A stretch of DNA of 26,431 nucleotides from Cyanobacteria bacterium auto_48_18 (lineage in GTDB: Bacteria > Cyanobacteriota > Vampirovibrionia > Obscuribacterales > Obscuribacteraceae): assembly GCA_036170915.1 (NCBI GenBank), contig JAVHQC010000009.1, positions 1-26,431 of the forward strand. The letters run 5' to 3'. Of this stretch, positions 24,995-26,431 are shown one piece after another. The position numbers were made by a program, and so were the translations under genes. Under the pieces are notes generated by a model. The model saw only the letters and a program-made list of their open reading frames with translations, made no database searches and was not told where the DNA came from. Numbering within the stretch: the stretch's first letter is position 1; each line of letters opens with the position of its first letter.

Positions 24995-26431
24995 CTGCTT
25001 TTTTGATCTCCTTTGCTGCTTCGCCCTCATCACCCATTAACTTCAATACTTCAGCTAATTTGCGATGCAGGTTTGATAAATTGGGTGCGAGAATAATCGC
25101 TTCTTTGTAAATTGCTGCGGCACCCGCATAATTTTTCTCAGCGACCAATTTTTCGGCATCCTTTAGTAATGGTTGTACCCTGGAAGTGTTAATTTGCCTC
25201 AGGGCATCTGCCGCGCCGGGCTCTTTCAGACCAGCCGCCTGTCGATAGGCCGTGGCCGCGTCATCGAGCTTGCCTTGCTTCTCCAGGGCTGTGCCCAGTA
25301 AAAGCCAGACTTTTCCATCACTGGGTGAGGTCCCAGCTAGAGTGTCTGCTTCTTTTACCGCTTCGTCAAGCTTATTTTCTTTGAGCAGATTTTCAATTTT
25401 TGTGTAACCGGCGCTATTATTGACTGGCACTGGCTTCGCGGGCGCAGTGGCTGACGAGGCTGTGGTGTTGGTCGGTGCACCAAGTGCCCCAGCAGTGGCA
25501 GTCGCAGAGCCCCCAGTTCCAGCTGGTCCAGTAGCGGCTACGCTCTTTCCGGTCAAATTATTGTAGAAAGGCACCAGATTTGGATTGACAAATTTATTGA
25601 TAGAAATGGCTTTGTCAGCCGCTTCTATGGCTCCGGCCTTTTCACCCTGGCGATCCCGGCCGCGCGATAATATGTACCAGAGCTGCGCATCATTTGGGTT
25701 GAGCCTGATTAGATCGTCTACTTTCTGCACTGTTTCAGCCAGTCGCATGGGAGTTGAGAGTGGAGTTTCCACCACTGCCTGGTGATAGGCAATGCGAGCT
25801 TTTGCCAGATCAGGATTGGTCGGCTCGGCCCGCCAGGCCTTCTCGTAGCAAACCTTAGCCCGATCAAAATCGGCTTGTAATAGGTAGGCACCACCTAAAA
25901 GCATTTCATTTCTAAACGATGGCGTTATGGCGCAGGCCTCTAAAGCGACGTTGGTGAGGCCGCGCACGGCGTCCATATTGCTCGGATTGATGGTGACTGC
26001 CCGGCGATATGCAGTGGCGGCATTGTTTAGCCTGCGCGTAAAAATTGTTTTGTCAGGATAAGTCTTGGCCTTATAAGCAAAGTCTTTGAGCGTTTCACCC
26101 AATAATGTGTGACATTCACTCAAAGTATTACTGTCATCTTTGGGCCAGTCTTTGCGCAGGGCAATCAACAACTCTTCGTAGCCTTCAAGAATTTTGCCGC
26201 CCTTGATCAAACAAGCACCAAGGCGGTAATGATTAATGCCCGAATCCACTAATTTGGCTGCTTTTCGATATTCCACCACTGCATCTTCAAAGTGACCTGG
26301 TGCCCCTTCGAAATTTTTTGCCAGCTCTGTCCGATAAGTTGGGTCTGACGGGTTACGACCCAGGTTGTTCAAGCACCAGTCAAGATTGCTGTCGGCAGGC
26401 CCGTTGGCTGGGTCGGCAAAAAGAGCCTTAC
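24972..26431 (-). CDS. Tetratricopeptide-repeat protein (5'-truncated by window edge)
   Basis: The frame stays open to the window end (KALFADPANGPADSNLDWCL...). TPR units such as VWLLLGTALEKQGKLDDAATAYRQA and AAIYKEAIILAPNLSNLHRKLAEVL; Ala/Thr/Gly linker. Confidence 0.88.
   Translation of the reverse strand, partial: KALFADPANGPADSNLDWCLNNLGRNPSDPTYRTELAKNFEGAPGHFEDAVVEYRKAAKLVDSGINHYRLGACLIKGGKILEGYEELLIALRKDWPKDDSNTLSECHTLLGETLKDFAYKAKTYPDKTIFTRRLNNAATAYRRAVTINPSNMDAVRGLTNVALEACAITPSFRNEMLLGGAYLLQADFDRAKVCYEKAWRAEPTNPDLAKARIAYHQAVVETPLSTPMRLAETVQKVDDLIRLNPNDAQLWYILSRGRDRQGEKAGAIEAADKAISINKFVNPNLVPFYNNLTGKSVAATGPAGTGGSATATAGALGAPTNTTASSATAPAKPVPVNNSAGYTKIENLLKENKLDEAVKEADTLAGTSPSDGKVWLLLGTALEKQGKLDDAATAYRQAAGLKEPGAADALRQINTSRVQPLLKDAEKLVAEKNYAGAAAIYKEAIILAPNLSNLHRKLAEVLKLMGDEGEAAKEIKKADDAEKAK

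Overview
Chromosomal, mostly housekeeping DNA with no mobile element, CRISPR array, rRNA or tRNA that I can see. The Complex I subunits resemble cyanobacterial NdhK/NdhE, but S1 has four domains and no photosynthesis genes are present. This suggests a non-photosynthetic relative of Cyanobacteria (Melainabacteria/Vampirovibrionia); the assignment is an inference. In order, the window holds: the 3' part of a Pro/Ala-rich protein ending in a degenerate HD-GYP domain; an MGDG-synthase/UgtP-like glycosyltransferase; two hypothetical genes; mlaD-mlaE; a csbD-like gene; rpsA with a long structured leader; a secreted coiled-coil protein; rnc; a nuoA-B-C-D-H-I-J-K cluster without nuoEFG or nuoLMN; a DUF1398-like gene; a divergent otsA-like gene; and a long minus-strand operon (two TPR proteins, three small membrane proteins, a secreted VirB10/TrbI-like protein, ubiX, rimM). 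The most unusual points are (1) a remodelled Complex I, with related K-P-[EAD]-A repeat tails on NuoB, NuoC and NuoI and extra hydrophobic segments on NuoK, NuoH and NuoA; (2) four recognisable proteins with altered conserved sites (OtsA acceptor pocket, RNase III Asp-to-Cys, HD-GYP, MlaE coupling helix); and (3) a 20-bp tandem repeat filling the otsA/DUF1398 junction. All family calls come from motif recognition by eye, not from database searches.
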